From NCBI RefSeq assembly GCF_020745735.1, contig NC_083418.1:68589776-68653775 (forward strand): 64,000 nt of DNA. Direction: 5' to 3'. Origin of the DNA: Hemiscyllium ocellatum (Eukaryota). The translations under genes and the position numbers were made by a program. Under the pieces are notes generated by a model. That model saw only the letters and a program-made list of their open reading frames with translations, was not told the DNA's origin and did no database searches. This document shows positions 1 to 12,062 of the stretch, one piece after another; the stretch's first letter is position 1; each line of letters begins with the position of its first letter.

Positions 1-2545
1 CCTCACCCTAAACCTGTGCCCTCTAGTTTTTGACTCACCCACCCCAGGGAAAAGACCTTGCCTATTCACTCTATCCATGCTCCACGTGATTTTATGAACC
101 TCTAAAATCACTCCTCAGCCCCCAACACTCCAGGGAAAACAGACCCAGCCTATTCCACCTCTCTCTCTCGCTCAAATCCTCCAACCCTGGCAATATCCCG
201 GTAAATCTTTTCTGAACTCTTCCAACTTTCACAATGTCCTTCCGATAGGAAGGAGATCCAAATTGCACGCAATATTCCAAAAGTGGCCTAACCAATGTCC
301 TGTACAGTTGCAACATGACCCCTCCCAAATCCTGTACTCTATACGCTGACCAATAAAGGAAAGCATACCCAACACCTTCTTCACTATCCTATTTACCTGC
401 GACTCTACTGTCAAGGAGCTATGAACCTGTTGTCCAAGGTCTTTGCTCAGCAACACTCCCTAGGACCTTACCATTAAGTGTATAAGTCCTGAAAAGATTT
501 GATTTCCCAAAATGCAGCACCTCTCATTTATCTAAATTAAACTCCATCTACCACTCCTCAGCCCATTGACCTATCTGATCAAGATCCTGTTGTAATCTGA
601 GGTAACCTTCTTTACTGTCCACTACACCTCCAATTTTGGTGTCATCTGCAAACTTACCAACTATACCTCTTATGCTTGCATCCAAATCACTTACATAAAT
701 TGATGAAAAGTAGTGGATCCTTGTGGCATTCCACTGGTCACAGGCCTGCAGTCTGAAAAATAACCTTCCACCATCACCCTCTGTCTTCTGCCTTTTGAGC
801 CAGTTCTGTATCCAAATGGCTAGTTCTCCCTGTATTCCTTGAGATCTAACCTTACTAACCTTGCCGAACACTTTACTGAAGTCCATATAGATCACGTCCA
901 TCATTCTGCCCTCATCAATCCTCTTTTGTTACTTCTTCAAAAAACTCAATCAAGTTTGTGAGACATGATTTCCCACGCACAAAGCCATGTTGACTATCCC
1001 AACTCAGTCCTTGCCTTTCCAAATACATGTACATCCTGTCCCTCTGGATTCCCTCCAACAACTTGCCCACCACCGACATCAGGCTCAGTCGTTTATAATT
1101 CCCTGGCTTGTCCTTACCCCCTTTCTTTAAACATCGGCACCATGCTCGCCAACCTCCAGTCTTCCGGCACCTCACCCGTGACTATCGATGATGCAAATAT
1201 CTCAGCAAGAGGCCCAGCAATCACTTCGCTAGCTTCCCACAGAGTTCTAGGGTAGACCTGATCAGGTCCTGGGGATTTATCCACCTTTTGTGTTTCAAGA
1301 CATCCAACACATCCTCCTCTGTAATATGGACATTTTTCAAGATGCCATCTATTTCCCTACATCCTATATCTTCCATGTCCTTCTCCACAGTAAATACCAA
1401 TGCATAATACTCATTTAGTACATCCCCCATCTCCTGCAGCTCCACACAAAGCTGATAGTTGAGGGGCCCTGTTCTCTCCCAAGTTACCCTTTTGTCCTTA
1501 ATGTATTTGTAAAACCCTTTGGATTCTCTTTACCTCTATTTGCCAAAGCTATCTCATGTCCCTTTTCTGCCCTCCTGATTTTCCTCTTATGTACACTCAC
1601 ACTGCCTTTATACTCTTCACAGGATTCACTCAATCTATCCTGTTCATACCCGACATATACTTCCTTCCTTTTGCTTTACCAAACCCTCAATTTCTAGTCA
1701 TCCAGCATTCCCTACTAGCCTTTCCTTTCACCCTAACAGGAATATGCTTTCTTTAGACTCTTGTTACCTCATTTCTGAAGGCTTCCCATTTTCCACCTGT
1801 TCCTTTACTTGCAAACATCTGCCCCAATCAGCTTTTGAAAGTTCTTGCCTCATACCGTCAAAATTAGCCTTCCTCCAATTTAGAACTTAACTTTTAGATC
1901 TGGTCTATCCTTTTCTATCAGTTTTAAAACTAATAGAATTATGGTCACTGGCCCCAAAGTGCTTCCCCAAAGACACCTTAGTCATCTGCCCTGCCTTATT
2001 TCCCAAGAGTAGGTCAAGTTTTGCACCTTGTCTCATAGGTATATCTACATATTGAACCAGAAAATTTTCTTGTACACACTTAACAAATTCCTCTCCATCT
2101 AAACCCTTAACACAATGGCAGTCCCAGTCTATGTTTGGAAAGTTAAAATCCATAACCACCCTATTATTCTTACAGATAACTGAGATCTCATTACAAAGTT
2201 GTTTCTCAATTTCCCTCTTGACTATCAGGGGGTCTATAAAACAATCCCAATAAGGTGATCATCTCTTTCTTCTTTTTCATTTCAACTGAAATAACTTCCG
2301 TGGATGTATTTTTGGGAATATCCTCCCTCAGTACAGCTGATACATGATCCCTTATTAAAAATGCCACTCCCCCTCTTCTCTTGCCTCCCTTTCTATCCTT
2401 CCTGTAGCATTTGTATCCTGGAACATTTCACTGCTCGTCCTGTCCATCCCTGAGCCATGTTTCTGTAATTGCTATGATGTCCGAATCCCATGTTACCAGC
2501 ATGCCCTGAGTTCATCTGCCTTCCCCATTAGGCCTCTTGCATTGA
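1..2545 (-). mobile_element. CR1-clade LINE (HER1-like), decayed ORF2 (endonuclease + RT), continues off left edge
   Basis: Minus-strand peptides DFNFPNIDW, KPGNYKRLSLMSVVGKLLE, QHGFVRGKSCLTNLIEFFEEVT, DVIYMDFSK, KFADDTKIGG, LYRTLVRPLLEYC; frameshifts and stops. Confidence 0.95.
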
Positions 2546-3204
2546 AACCAAAAAAATACAATCTCACCAAGTAGAGACAAATGCAAGTGCACTAGAAAAT
2601 GTACTTGGGTCTGGATAAATAAGTCAAGGTGAAAGTTTCTGTGGCAGTCTGGGATATCGTGTTAACATTGTTTCGGTTTGTGGGGTGACAGGAGGTAAAG
2701 TATACCATCAATATTCTGAGTCAATAGGGAATGTACAAGAAACCAGTTTCCCAAACCACAGCAAGACAATACTATCCAGCATCATCGAGATGTTTCAGTT
2801 TAGATAGTTGATGGTAATGAGTGCTTAGTTTATCGAAGTGATTTGACCTGGCACTGTCCCTGAATTTTGATTCTGATTTGACAGATTGCTATGTGGGTGC
2901 TGGCAATATGTTAATAACACAAGCAACACATTCCAAAGCTGACGGATAGATTAACTAGAATTTCTTTTTACAACAGATGGCTTCTAATGGGCAGGCACCT
3001 TCACCTCAAATCCGAATATATTAATCAACAGGAAGGTGTTATGCCTTTAAATGTCACCAAATGATTTCTTAACAATCTCCGTTTCCATCTCCCCAGTGAA
3101 ATGGAACAGCTTTGGTTTTATCTCCCTCTCCTCTTCGGCAGGTCCATGGGAATGAGGAAGCCTTAGTTCAGTTCGATCGGGTATGAGGTGGGTAATCACA
3201 GAGG

Positions 3205-3900
3205 TGTGACAGTGCTGAAGAGGGCTACTTGGTCCATCTTGCCTGCACAAGCTCTAGTATCTTGTTAACAATCTCCTTCCTTTGCCCCAGATCCTTACAC
3301 ACCTTTTCTATTCAAATAATCACCCCATGCCCTCCTGAGTGCCTCAGTTGAATTTGCCTTTACCCCTGCAGGCAGTGTGTCCCAAACCCTAAAACCTGAC
3401 TGTGTGAAAAACCTTTCTCTTACATCGCCCTTGCTTTATTGCGCAACACTTTAAACCGATGTCTCCTCATTCTTGTATCTTCTACAAGTGTAGTCGGCTT
3501 CACTCTATCTACTTTGTCCAGCCCGCTCATGAATTTACAGACCTCCAACTCTCCTCTTGGCCCTTTTCCCTCTGAGGAAACAGTCGCAAGTTCTTTCAAT
3601 TAACCTCATAGCTGACATTTTTCAAACTTGGAACCATTCTAGGAAATTGCTTCTGCATAAGCACTCGCCTAGGTCCTCACCTCTTCCCTATAATGCAGCA
3701 TCCATAACTGGACAAAATACTCTGAAATCTAAATATCTTCCAAGGCATCTTCTCCTTGCTGTTGTATACCTCTATTATTAAAGCCAAGACCACTGTGTGC
3801 TTTATTTATTTTTCTCTCTAGCTGTTCTGCAACCTTCAGTGATCAATATACCTACACCCAGGTCCCTCTGCTCCTGCATCCCCTGTAGACTTGTACCTCC
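3205..3900 (-). mobile_element. Old CR1 LINE 3' fragment
   Basis: Degenerate match to the CR1 3' ends elsewhere in the window (ctatctactttgtccagcccgctcatga). Confidence 0.6.
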
Positions 3901-4253
3901 TATTTAGTCCACTGTGCGATCTTGGGTGTTGGGACCCCCTCCAAAACCTTGGCTTCATTAATGAATGTTCCTGATGAACACTCTCGATGGATATTGTCCT
4001 TTCCAGTTCAGTTGCTCACAACCCAGGGGCACCAATGAGCCAGTGGCAATGTTTGACTCCTTCAGTGAGGACACTCCTCAAACATTTCCATTGACCTGCA
4101 AGGAGATCCCTGCCCTAATAGAGCTCCGAACCAAGTGATTTTCTCTGGAGTTCTGTGTCAGGGCAGCCAAACCGCTGGTTTTGATTTATTAGTGTCCTGA
4201 TGCTGGGTATGTCAGCAATTTTAACTACCATGGTTATTGCTCCCCAATCCTTC

Positions 4254-4447
4254 TGGTGCTCCGGTTTCCTCCCACAGTCCAAAGATGTGCAGGTCAGGTG
4301 AATTGGCCATGCTAAATTTCCTGTGGTGTTAGGTAAGGGGTAAATGTAGGGGTATGGGTGGGTTGCGCTTCGGCGGGTCGGTGTGGACTTGTTGGGCCGA
4401 AGGGCCTGTTTCCACACTGTAAGTAATCTAATCTAATCTAATCTAAT
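4254..4447 (+). mobile_element. HE1-type V-SINE, 5'-truncated, (TAATC)n tail
   Basis: V-domain ggtgctccggtttcctcccacagtccaaagatgtgcagg; 3' gggccgaagggcctgtttccacactgt; TAATC repeats. Confidence 0.9.
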
Positions 4448-4800
4448 TTCCATTGTAAACTCAGGAATTCTCGTTTAAACGAAATTTGCTCATTTCAGAT
4501 TGACAGTTTAATATTAATCAGTGAGCACGTTATTCAACATTTTAATAAATTGCTCTTGTCAGTAGGATATATTGTTACATTTTTATTTCTTTTCCTACCG
4601 GTTGGTTGCTCAGTATGAATTTTTTAGGCATCCCATTTCATCCCAAACTGTGACCATGCCCAGTCTGGAAGAAATGCTCTTCCATATCGCTGAAATAGTT
4701 ATACAGCTTCTGTTGTACTCCTGATAGCTGATTAATGAAGAAGAATCCTAAGTTACATTCTTTTCTTGGGATACATTGCTTCACAATGAAACATTATAGG

Positions 4801-4803
<3 letters not shown>

Positions 4804-4845
<42 letters not shown>

Positions 4846-4869
4846 GTCCGTCCGTCCGTCCGTCCGTCC
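4804..4869. repeat. Compound microsatellite (GT)~20(CCGT)~6
   Basis: Read directly. Confidence 0.95.
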
Positions 4870-4888
4870 AGCACCACATCTCCTCGAA

Positions 4889-5110
4889 TGTGGTGCTGGA
4901 AAAGCACAGCAGGTCAGATAGCATTCCAACGAGCAGGAGAATCGACATTTTAAACATAAACCCTTCATCAGGAATGGCCTTTCTGATGAAGGGCTTATGC
5001 TTAAAATGTCAATTCTCTGCTCCTTGATGCTGCCTGACCTGCTGTGCTTTCCCAGCACCACACTCCCTTCGACTCTGATTTCCAGCATCTGCAGTCCTCA
5101 CCTTTTCTCC
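4889..5110 (+). mobile_element. Penelope-like inverted-repeat element, family B, decayed hammerheads
   Basis: Arms gtggtgctggaaaagcacagcagg / cctgctgtgctttcccagcaccac; centre cttcatcag...ctgatgaagggcttatgcttaaaatgtc. Confidence 0.8.
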
Positions 5111-5502
5111 TGTATAGATCTCCTATCTCCATGCAACTCCTGTGGAAGTGTCTGCACTCTTTAAATAACCAATAAAACTAAAGAACCAAACTTAATAAAT
5201 TAAACAAAAGACGAATGCCCCTTAAAGGAACATTTTTGTAACAAACCTGCCTTTCCTCTACTGGCTTTGTCAGGTTTGGAGTTGCTTCGGTATTGCTGGT
5301 CATTATTTCATTTTTGTTCCTTCCTCTGGCGCACTCTCAATTCCTTTTTGACATCTTGCATTCCTTCCCGTTTTAAATTCATTCTTAAAATCCTTCAGTA
5401 GAACTGTCTCTGGCAGCTCGTTCCGATCCCTTCAATGTTATCCCAATCAGTTATTCAGGACTAAAATTATCCACAATGTGAAGTGTGCTCTGCTTACCGT
5501 AG

Positions 5503-5720
5503 AAAGTTTAAAAAATCACACCACACCAGGTTATAGTCCAACAGGTTCAATTGGAAGCACACTAGCTTTCGGAGCGTCGCTCCTTCATCAACCCGACCAC
5601 CCAATGAAGGAGCGTCGCTCCGAAAGCTAGTGTGCTTCCAATTAAACCTGTTGGACTATAACCTGGTGTTGTGTGGCTTTTAACTTTGCACACCCCAGTC
5701 CAACACCGGCATCTCCAAAT
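5503..5720 (+). mobile_element. Penelope-like inverted-repeat element, family A
   Basis: ~85 bp inverted arms (ttatagtccaacagg / cctgttggactataa), GGAGC-GTC-GCTCC-GAAAGCTAG, 3' tail caccccagtccaacaccggcatctccaaatc; CUGA core mutated. Confidence 0.85.
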
Positions 5721-5756
5721 CCTGATTATTGTTGACATCATTTGCTTAATGATCCA

Positions 5757-6190
5757 AAGAGGGTTTGAGCTATAGGCTGAGGCTGAGGCTATTTTCCTTG
5801 GGGCTTCGGAGGCTGAGGAGTGACTTTATAGAAGTTTATAAAATCATGAGGAACATGGATAGGATAAATAGACAAAGTCTTTACCCTGGAGCAGGGGAAC
5901 CCAAAACTAGCGGGGATAGGTTGATGGTGAGAGGGGAAAGATTTAAAAGGTACCATCTGGTGTGTAAAAGTTGCCCTCAGGTCCATGTAAGGAATGAACT
6001 GCCAGAGGAAATGGTGGAGGCTGGTTTGATAACAGTTAAAAGATATCTGGATGTGTACATGAATAGGAAGAGTTTGGACGGGTATGGGCCAAATGTTGGC
6101 AAATGGGACTAGATTTATTCAGGATATCTGGTCAGCATGGATGAGTTGAACTGAAGGATCTGTTTGTGTTGTACAGCTCTATGACTCTAT
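5757..6190 (+). mobile_element. CR1/HER1 LINE 3' end
   Basis: LFSLGLRRLRSDFIEVYKIM peptide; ctctatgactctat tail. Confidence 0.9.
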
Positions 6191-7915
6191 TTAAAGGGGA
6201 TCTTGAAACTCAAATCCAATGCAAACCCTACTCTTGAGTGTCTTCACTATTTTATTCCATGAGAAAGTTATTAATACAAACATTTAGAGGATGAAAATCC
6301 AAAAATGAAAGTGACTTGGGTATAAGTAATGATGCTGTGATTTAATCTTTGGGTTTGTACGCATGAGTAATTTATGAATTTTACTTCAGTCTCCTTTAAA
6401 TTACAGTAGCCCCAAATCATTTTTTCTGATTTGTTTAAAATTTCCAGTAAGAGATTTGCCCATTGCTGAATGTTTCACAGATTATCATTTATATAAGATT
6501 GGAATTCAAAGTGAGCACTTCAATTTTTCTAATATACTCTTCCAGCAGGTTCAGCCTCCTGCTAAGTTTTATGTTTTTCAAAACCTACCCAAAGTCCTGC
6601 TGTGTTAGCGTTAATTCAAGGATCCTGTACAATCACATCTCCACATACCTTTCCAAAAGCATTTATTTCTTCATCTTGTGTAAGTTAATTTGACTTGCCG
6701 AGACAGAATCCTGTCATCTCTTGTGTGAAAAGAAATGGCCATTGTCATAAATTTGAAAAGGGCACTGGAGTCTTCATCTGATTAATAGGACTAGCTGCAG
6801 GTTGATGTATCTTCAAGTCAAGGATCAAAGAAAGGATTATCCTGTTAGTGCTAATATTTGTGGTGTTTATTTCACATTTTTAGATTAGCACAGACCTTGA
6901 TGTTTTAACTTGTAATACACTATCATCTTGTTTGGAGTTTTAAATTATGGGAGAAAGATTGAATAGAATCATGACCAGCGATGGATTGATAATAGATAAA
7001 ATGTCAGACTTTATTTGAATGCAGAATTAATCTTATCCTAAGAAAAATCTGTGACATTTTAATCTCATCCGTTGTCTAGAAAGTCCTTTTGAAGTCTGTG
7101 TTTTCTATTTTGAAGTCTTTAATGTCAGTCCACATTGAATTCCTGAAAAAAGGTCACTTTCAAAAATTTTCCACATATTTAAAGAAATTAATGTACAGGT
7201 GTTTGGCAAGCACTGCTTGCAGCTTTAACACTGACTGAATGCGAGCTCTGAGACACTGTATTGATTTTCTAAATCATACGATAGACCCTTCAGTTTGCAA
7301 ATAATTAATATTTATCAAAAAAGACCTGATGCTTTGTTGTGAAAATCAAAGGATCTTTCCTCTGCAGAGGTCTGGACCATGTTTGAGACTGGCATTTCTT
7401 TAAGTGTGTTTTGTGATTCATCTTGGAAAGGATATTATTCAAAAAGTCACCAGATAGGTTGCCAGGGGCCAAAAGGATTTTTTGAAATCATTATTATTAT
7501 TATCACCTCACAAAAGAAACTGAATTCATTGATGTTCCTCTAAAGGAAACACAACCTTTCTTGTCTTTTAAGACTATCAAATGCACATCCATTGTTTCAT
7601 TTCTCTTTTTCTCTTTTAAGATGTTTGCTTTGGTTACGGAATGCCTGGTGATCTTTGCTGATCACAATGGGGTTGCCTCCAATCAATCACTTGTCCATTC
7701 AGGACGATAGTGAACCATTGTTTTCACTTCTGTCATTGACCTTTTCTGAGTGACCCTGTGTGCCTGTAACTGAGGACAGTTGAACAAATGTTATCAGCAT
7801 TTTACAGCTTGGGTCAAAGAAACGTTTTGCTTTGATTTGTTGCATCTGGACCCAACATTGCAGACCACCATTAGTTGAAATAATTTTGAGCTGTAAAACA
7901 TGACTTTAGAACTTT

Positions 7916-8213
7916 GGGGCAGTATAGTGGCTCAGTGGTTAGCACTGTTGCCTCACAGCACCAGGGTGCCAGGTTCAATTCTAGCCTCAGGCTACTGACT
8001 GTGTGCAGTTTGCACATTCTCCCAGTGTCTGTGTGGGTTTCCTCGCACAGTCCAAAGATGTGCAGATCAGGTGAATTGGCCATGCTAAATTGCCCATAGT
8101 GTTAGGTGCATTAGTCAGAGGGAAATGGGACTGGATGGGTTACTCTTCAGAGGGTCGTTGTGGACTTGTTGGGCTGCAGGGCCTGTTTCCACACTGTAGG
8201 GAATCTAACCTAA
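7916..8213 (+). mobile_element. HE1-type V-SINE, near full length
   Basis: A box gtggctcagtgg, B box ggttcaattc, V-domain, CR1-like tail. Confidence 0.9.
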
Positions 8214-8650
8214 ACAATATTACCGAGCCCCTCAGAGATGTAGATTGGAACAATATGCATATATCTTCAGCAGTGCACTTATTAGAAGTATTTCTTTGGA
8301 TATTACTGGCCTGGAGGGTGAAATTGCAAGGCAATAGTCCGAAGTCCAATCTTGTATCTTTACCCATCTGTGCTTCATCTGCTTCTTATCTGTTGTTTCC
8401 TCCACAATACACACATTTATCATTTTACTTGTTCAGATTTGAAGTTTTTAGTGCCATGCAATATTTGCAGTAGGGTTTACAGTAGTTGCCTGGTAAACAC
8501 AGATTATATGTTGTAAATCAATTAGAGATATCACTTGATCCAATTTTATGCTCATTTTACTTCAAATGAAGTCAGAGTTGCTTGCTTGCTTAGGTAAGTT
8601 GGTATGAGAGTCAGCATCAGAAATAGCTGTGTGAGTGCATTTTTAAAAAT

Positions 8651-8933
8651 ACATTCACTGAATGAGGTATTCAATGCCTATTCCAGAGGGTAGTTAAGAG
8701 TCAGCCACATTGCTGTGGGTCTGGAGTCACATGTAGTCCAGAGCAAGTAAGGATGACCAGTTCCTTCCGACAATCAATGGTTGCATGGACATCACCAGAC
8801 TCTTAACTCTAGACTTTTATTAAATTTAAACTCCACCATCTGTCATGGCAGGATTCGAGCCTGGGTCCCCTGAACATTACCTGGGTTTCTGGATTAATAA
8901 TCCAGCGAGAACACCACAAGGTCATCGCCTCCC
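8651..8933 (-). mobile_element. tRNA-derived SINE, family 2
   Basis: On the - strand starts gggaggcgatgaccttgtgg with B box ggctcgaatcc; shared core agtcagccacattgctgtgggtctggagtcacatgtag. Confidence 0.75.
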
Positions 8934-9837
8934 TCTATCTTCAGATTGAGTTATGGAAAACAAATAATGGGCTCAATTTTAATAAATATTGTCTAAATGT
9001 CAATTTTAAGGGAGCTTCATTGAAGGCTTTTCTCCGGATTCAGGTGGGTGTTCTCTTAAGTCTCCATGCTCACTTCATTATGTATGTACCATGTCTCTGA
9101 GTAATGGCTCTGGTAGAAGATGGGCTACATCGTAGCTACATTCAGCTTCAAGTTGGGGGTTACAGAGGAGTAACTCTCATCTCCCACAGCCATTCTTTTA
9201 AAGTATTCAGCCTTTAAATGAAGTAGGGACCTGAGAGTTCTCGAATATAGGCATTATGCCACCTCCCAGGGTACCTGTTGTGGATCTCTAAGGTGTAGGT
9301 CCAGTTATCACAAATAGAATTGACAGAATAGACGTTAATGCAGGAACCACCAAAGCAGAATTCTCGCTGTTGAATCGTCCCATTTTTTTTGCTTTTTGCA
9401 TTGTATTTTCCCACCTGACTTGTCATCATCCTCATCGTGACAATATTCTACCCAGTGTTTTCCACCTGATTTCAAGACTTTAGAATCTAAATCTTTTAAC
9501 ACACGACGTATGTATCTTTGAAAAGTTCTCAAGTTTGTGGTGGAAATGAGAAAAAGGCGGAGAGGAGAGTTTGATTGAGGTTGGAAAATCATGAGTGGAC
9601 TGGGTAGGTTAAAAAGGGAAAAGCTGTTTCTGTTCATAAAAGGGAAAAAAGGCAAAATAAAGCGAGGGCATAGATTTAAAGTGATGTCCAAACAGAGTGA
9701 GGGTATTGTGAGAAAAAAAAACCTCTCCACCCACCGGGTAGTTGGGTATGAGGTGCACTGCCTGGAAATTTGGTGGAGACAGGTTCACTTGAAGCATTTT
9801 AAGGGGGCATTAGATGGATATTTGGATAAAATAGAGT

Positions 9838-10212
9838 TGTTGTGGTTCTGTTCGCCGAGCTGGGAGTTCTTCTTGCAAACGTTTCGTCCCCTTTCTAGGT
9901 GACATCTTCAGTGCTTGGGAGCCTCCTGTGAAGCGCTTCTGTGCTGATTCCTCCGGCATTTATACTGGTTTGAATCTGCCACTTCCGGTTGTCAGTAGCT
10001 GTCCGCTGCAATGGCCGGTATATAGGGTCTAGGTCGACGTGTCTGTTGATCGAATTCGTGGATGAATTCACAGAAGCGCTTCACAGGAGGCTCCCAAGCA
10101 CTGAAGATGTCACCTAGAAAGGGGACGAAACGTTTGCAAGAAAAACTCCCAGCTCGGCGAACAGAACCACAACAACGAGCACCCGAGCTACAAATCTTCT
10201 CACAAACTTTGA
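9838..10212. mobile_element. Young Penelope-like retroelement, family D: inverted pLTRs, ORF C-terminus and hammerheads
   Basis: 106-bp arms 9838-9943 / 10069-10174 (one mismatch seen); TSD ataaaatagagt 9826-9837 / 10213-10224; - strand SSTNSINRHVDLDPIYRPLQ...EDVT*. Confidence 0.9.
10098..10137 (+). ncRNA. Type I hammerhead ribozyme motif (mirror copy on the - strand in the left arm)
   Basis: GCA-CUGAAGA-U-GUCACCUAGAAAGGGGAC-GAA-ACGU-U-UGC: stem I GCA/UGC, stem II closed GUC/GAC, palindromic stem III, GUU triplet. Confidence 0.8.
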
Positions 10213-10353
10213 ATAAAATAGAGTGTAGGGATATGGGGAAAAGGCAGGAGATTAACACTGCTCATTGGACTGCGTTCAGCACAATTGGCCAAATAGCCTC
10301 CTTGTACACTGGACAATTCTGCTTTGGTGGTTCCTGCATTAACTTCTACATTA

Positions 10354-10658
10354 AGATTAGATTACTCAATGTGGAAACAGGCCCTTTGGCCTAACAAGTC
10401 CGCACCGACCCTCCAAAGAGCAACCCACCCAGACCCATTCCCCTACATTTATCCCTTCACCTAACACTACGGGCAATTTATCATGGCCAATTCACCTAAC
10501 CTGCACATTTTTGGACTGTGGGAGGAAACTGGAGCACCCGGAGGAAACCCACGCAGACACGGGGAGAATGTGCAAACTCCACACAGTTGCCTGAGGCAGG
10601 AATTGAACCCGGGTCTCTGATGCTGTGAGGCAGCAGTGCGAGCCACTGTGCCGCCCGG
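10354..10658 (-). mobile_element. HE1-type V-SINE with 15-bp TSD
   Basis: TSD attaacttctacatt 10338-10352 / 10659-10673. Confidence 0.92.
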
Positions 10659-11375
10659 ATTAACTTCTACATTCAAAACTTTGGACCACGTATAGTTTAA
10701 ATATGAAGGTCTGGGCAGTCCAGATTATTTCTCAGTCTCACTATCAAATTATATCTGTCCTATGCAAGCCGTGTGGGTGAAGGTGGTATCACTGATTTGT
10801 GGTGATAACTCTGACCTTTGCAGCTATTGTGTCAGAATAATGGACTATTGTGCCCATCTCTCTTTTCATGAGTACATGTTAGTGTAGAAGTTTGTCTGAT
10901 TTGCACTTAATTGAAAAGAATTAACGGTGTGACAAAGCATAGGAAAGAAGTATTGGTGACTGCAGCTCGTGATTTTTCGAAATGGAGGGAACATTTTGTA
11001 GTTTCAAGGTTATCAAGGTATTCTGAAGCTCAAACTTAAGATGGCCCACAGTGTTCAAAAGATGGGTTTCAAAAGAAACTGCAAATATTTTACTGCAAAT
11101 GCTTTCTGTAAGGCTAGTCTTGCACATTACATTCCATATGTTAAAACTGTAAGGTGCAAACTTGTCATTCTGGGTCTTTCTACCCTGTATACTGAATGCT
11201 GGTAATGAGACATTATAGTGAACATGTGGATATAGGTTGTAACAGAGGACAGCTGTTGTACAAACCCACAAAAGGGTCTTGCCTTTTTAGCAATCACCCT
11301 CAACTTTGCATATAGTGATACAGGAATAGTAACCTGGAATTGTGATTATGCAGTGTTGATAACGATCTGAAACAT

Positions 11376-11578
11376 AGTTAAAAATCACACAACACCAGGT
11401 TATAGTCCAACAGGTTTAATTGGAAGCACTAGCTTTCGGAGCACTGCTCCTTTAACAACCACCTGATGAAGGAGCAGCGCTCCGAAAGTTAGTGCTTCCA
11501 ATTAAATCTGTTGGACTACAACCTGGTATTGTGATTTTTTTTAACTTTATACACCCCAATCCAACACCAGCATCTCCA
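11376..11578 (+). mobile_element. Penelope-like family A element with 12-bp TSD
   Basis: TSD gatctgaaacat 11364-11375 / 11579-11590; HHR cacctgatgaaggagcagcgctccgaaagttagtg. Confidence 0.88.
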
Positions 11579-11965
11579 GATCTGAAACATGTCTTCATGT
11601 ACCTGTCAGAACCCACAAAACTGTATTTAATATCTTGGCCACAGTGATGAACTGAAATAACATGTTACTGGGGATAGAGTGAAATGTAGGATTTGTGTCT
11701 GCCGATGTTGGTTACTTTGGCTATTCTTAAAGCAGAGCATAATTCAGAAATCTATTCAATAGTTTGAGACCAGAAGCTCAAACTCTAAGATGGCCCACAG
11801 TGCTTTAGAGCTTTTTTGGGACAATTGTATTGCAGAAAATTAAAAGATTTCTCTGCTAATCTGAGGGCCCAGAGAACAGATAAAAGAACTACACTCCAAG
11901 GCTAGTTTTTGTTGGCTGTGTACAATTGTAGGCAGAGTGAAAATGAAGTAATATCACAAATGGGT

Positions 11966-12062
11966 GAAAACAAAAAAATGCTGGAAATCACAGTGGGTCA
12001 GACAGCATTCACGGAGAGAGAGCGTGCTAATGTTTTGAGTCTAGATGACTCTTCATCAGAGC
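11966..12062 (-). mobile_element. Penelope-like 3' end (family C-related) with CpG-decayed hammerhead
   Basis: - strand GCT-CTGATGA-A-GAGTC-ATCTA-GACTC-aAAAcaT-T-AGC. Confidence 0.7.

Larger units (their letters stand above)
9560..10315 (+). mobile_element. Old CR1 3' end interrupted by a Penelope insertion
   Basis: RGHRFKV / FKGALDGYLD peptide resumes after 10224 (gtagggatatgggg). Confidence 0.75.

Noticed and set aside
7916-8000. tRNA-like A/B boxes
   Set aside because: SINE heads; no complete cloverleaf, so not called as tRNA genes
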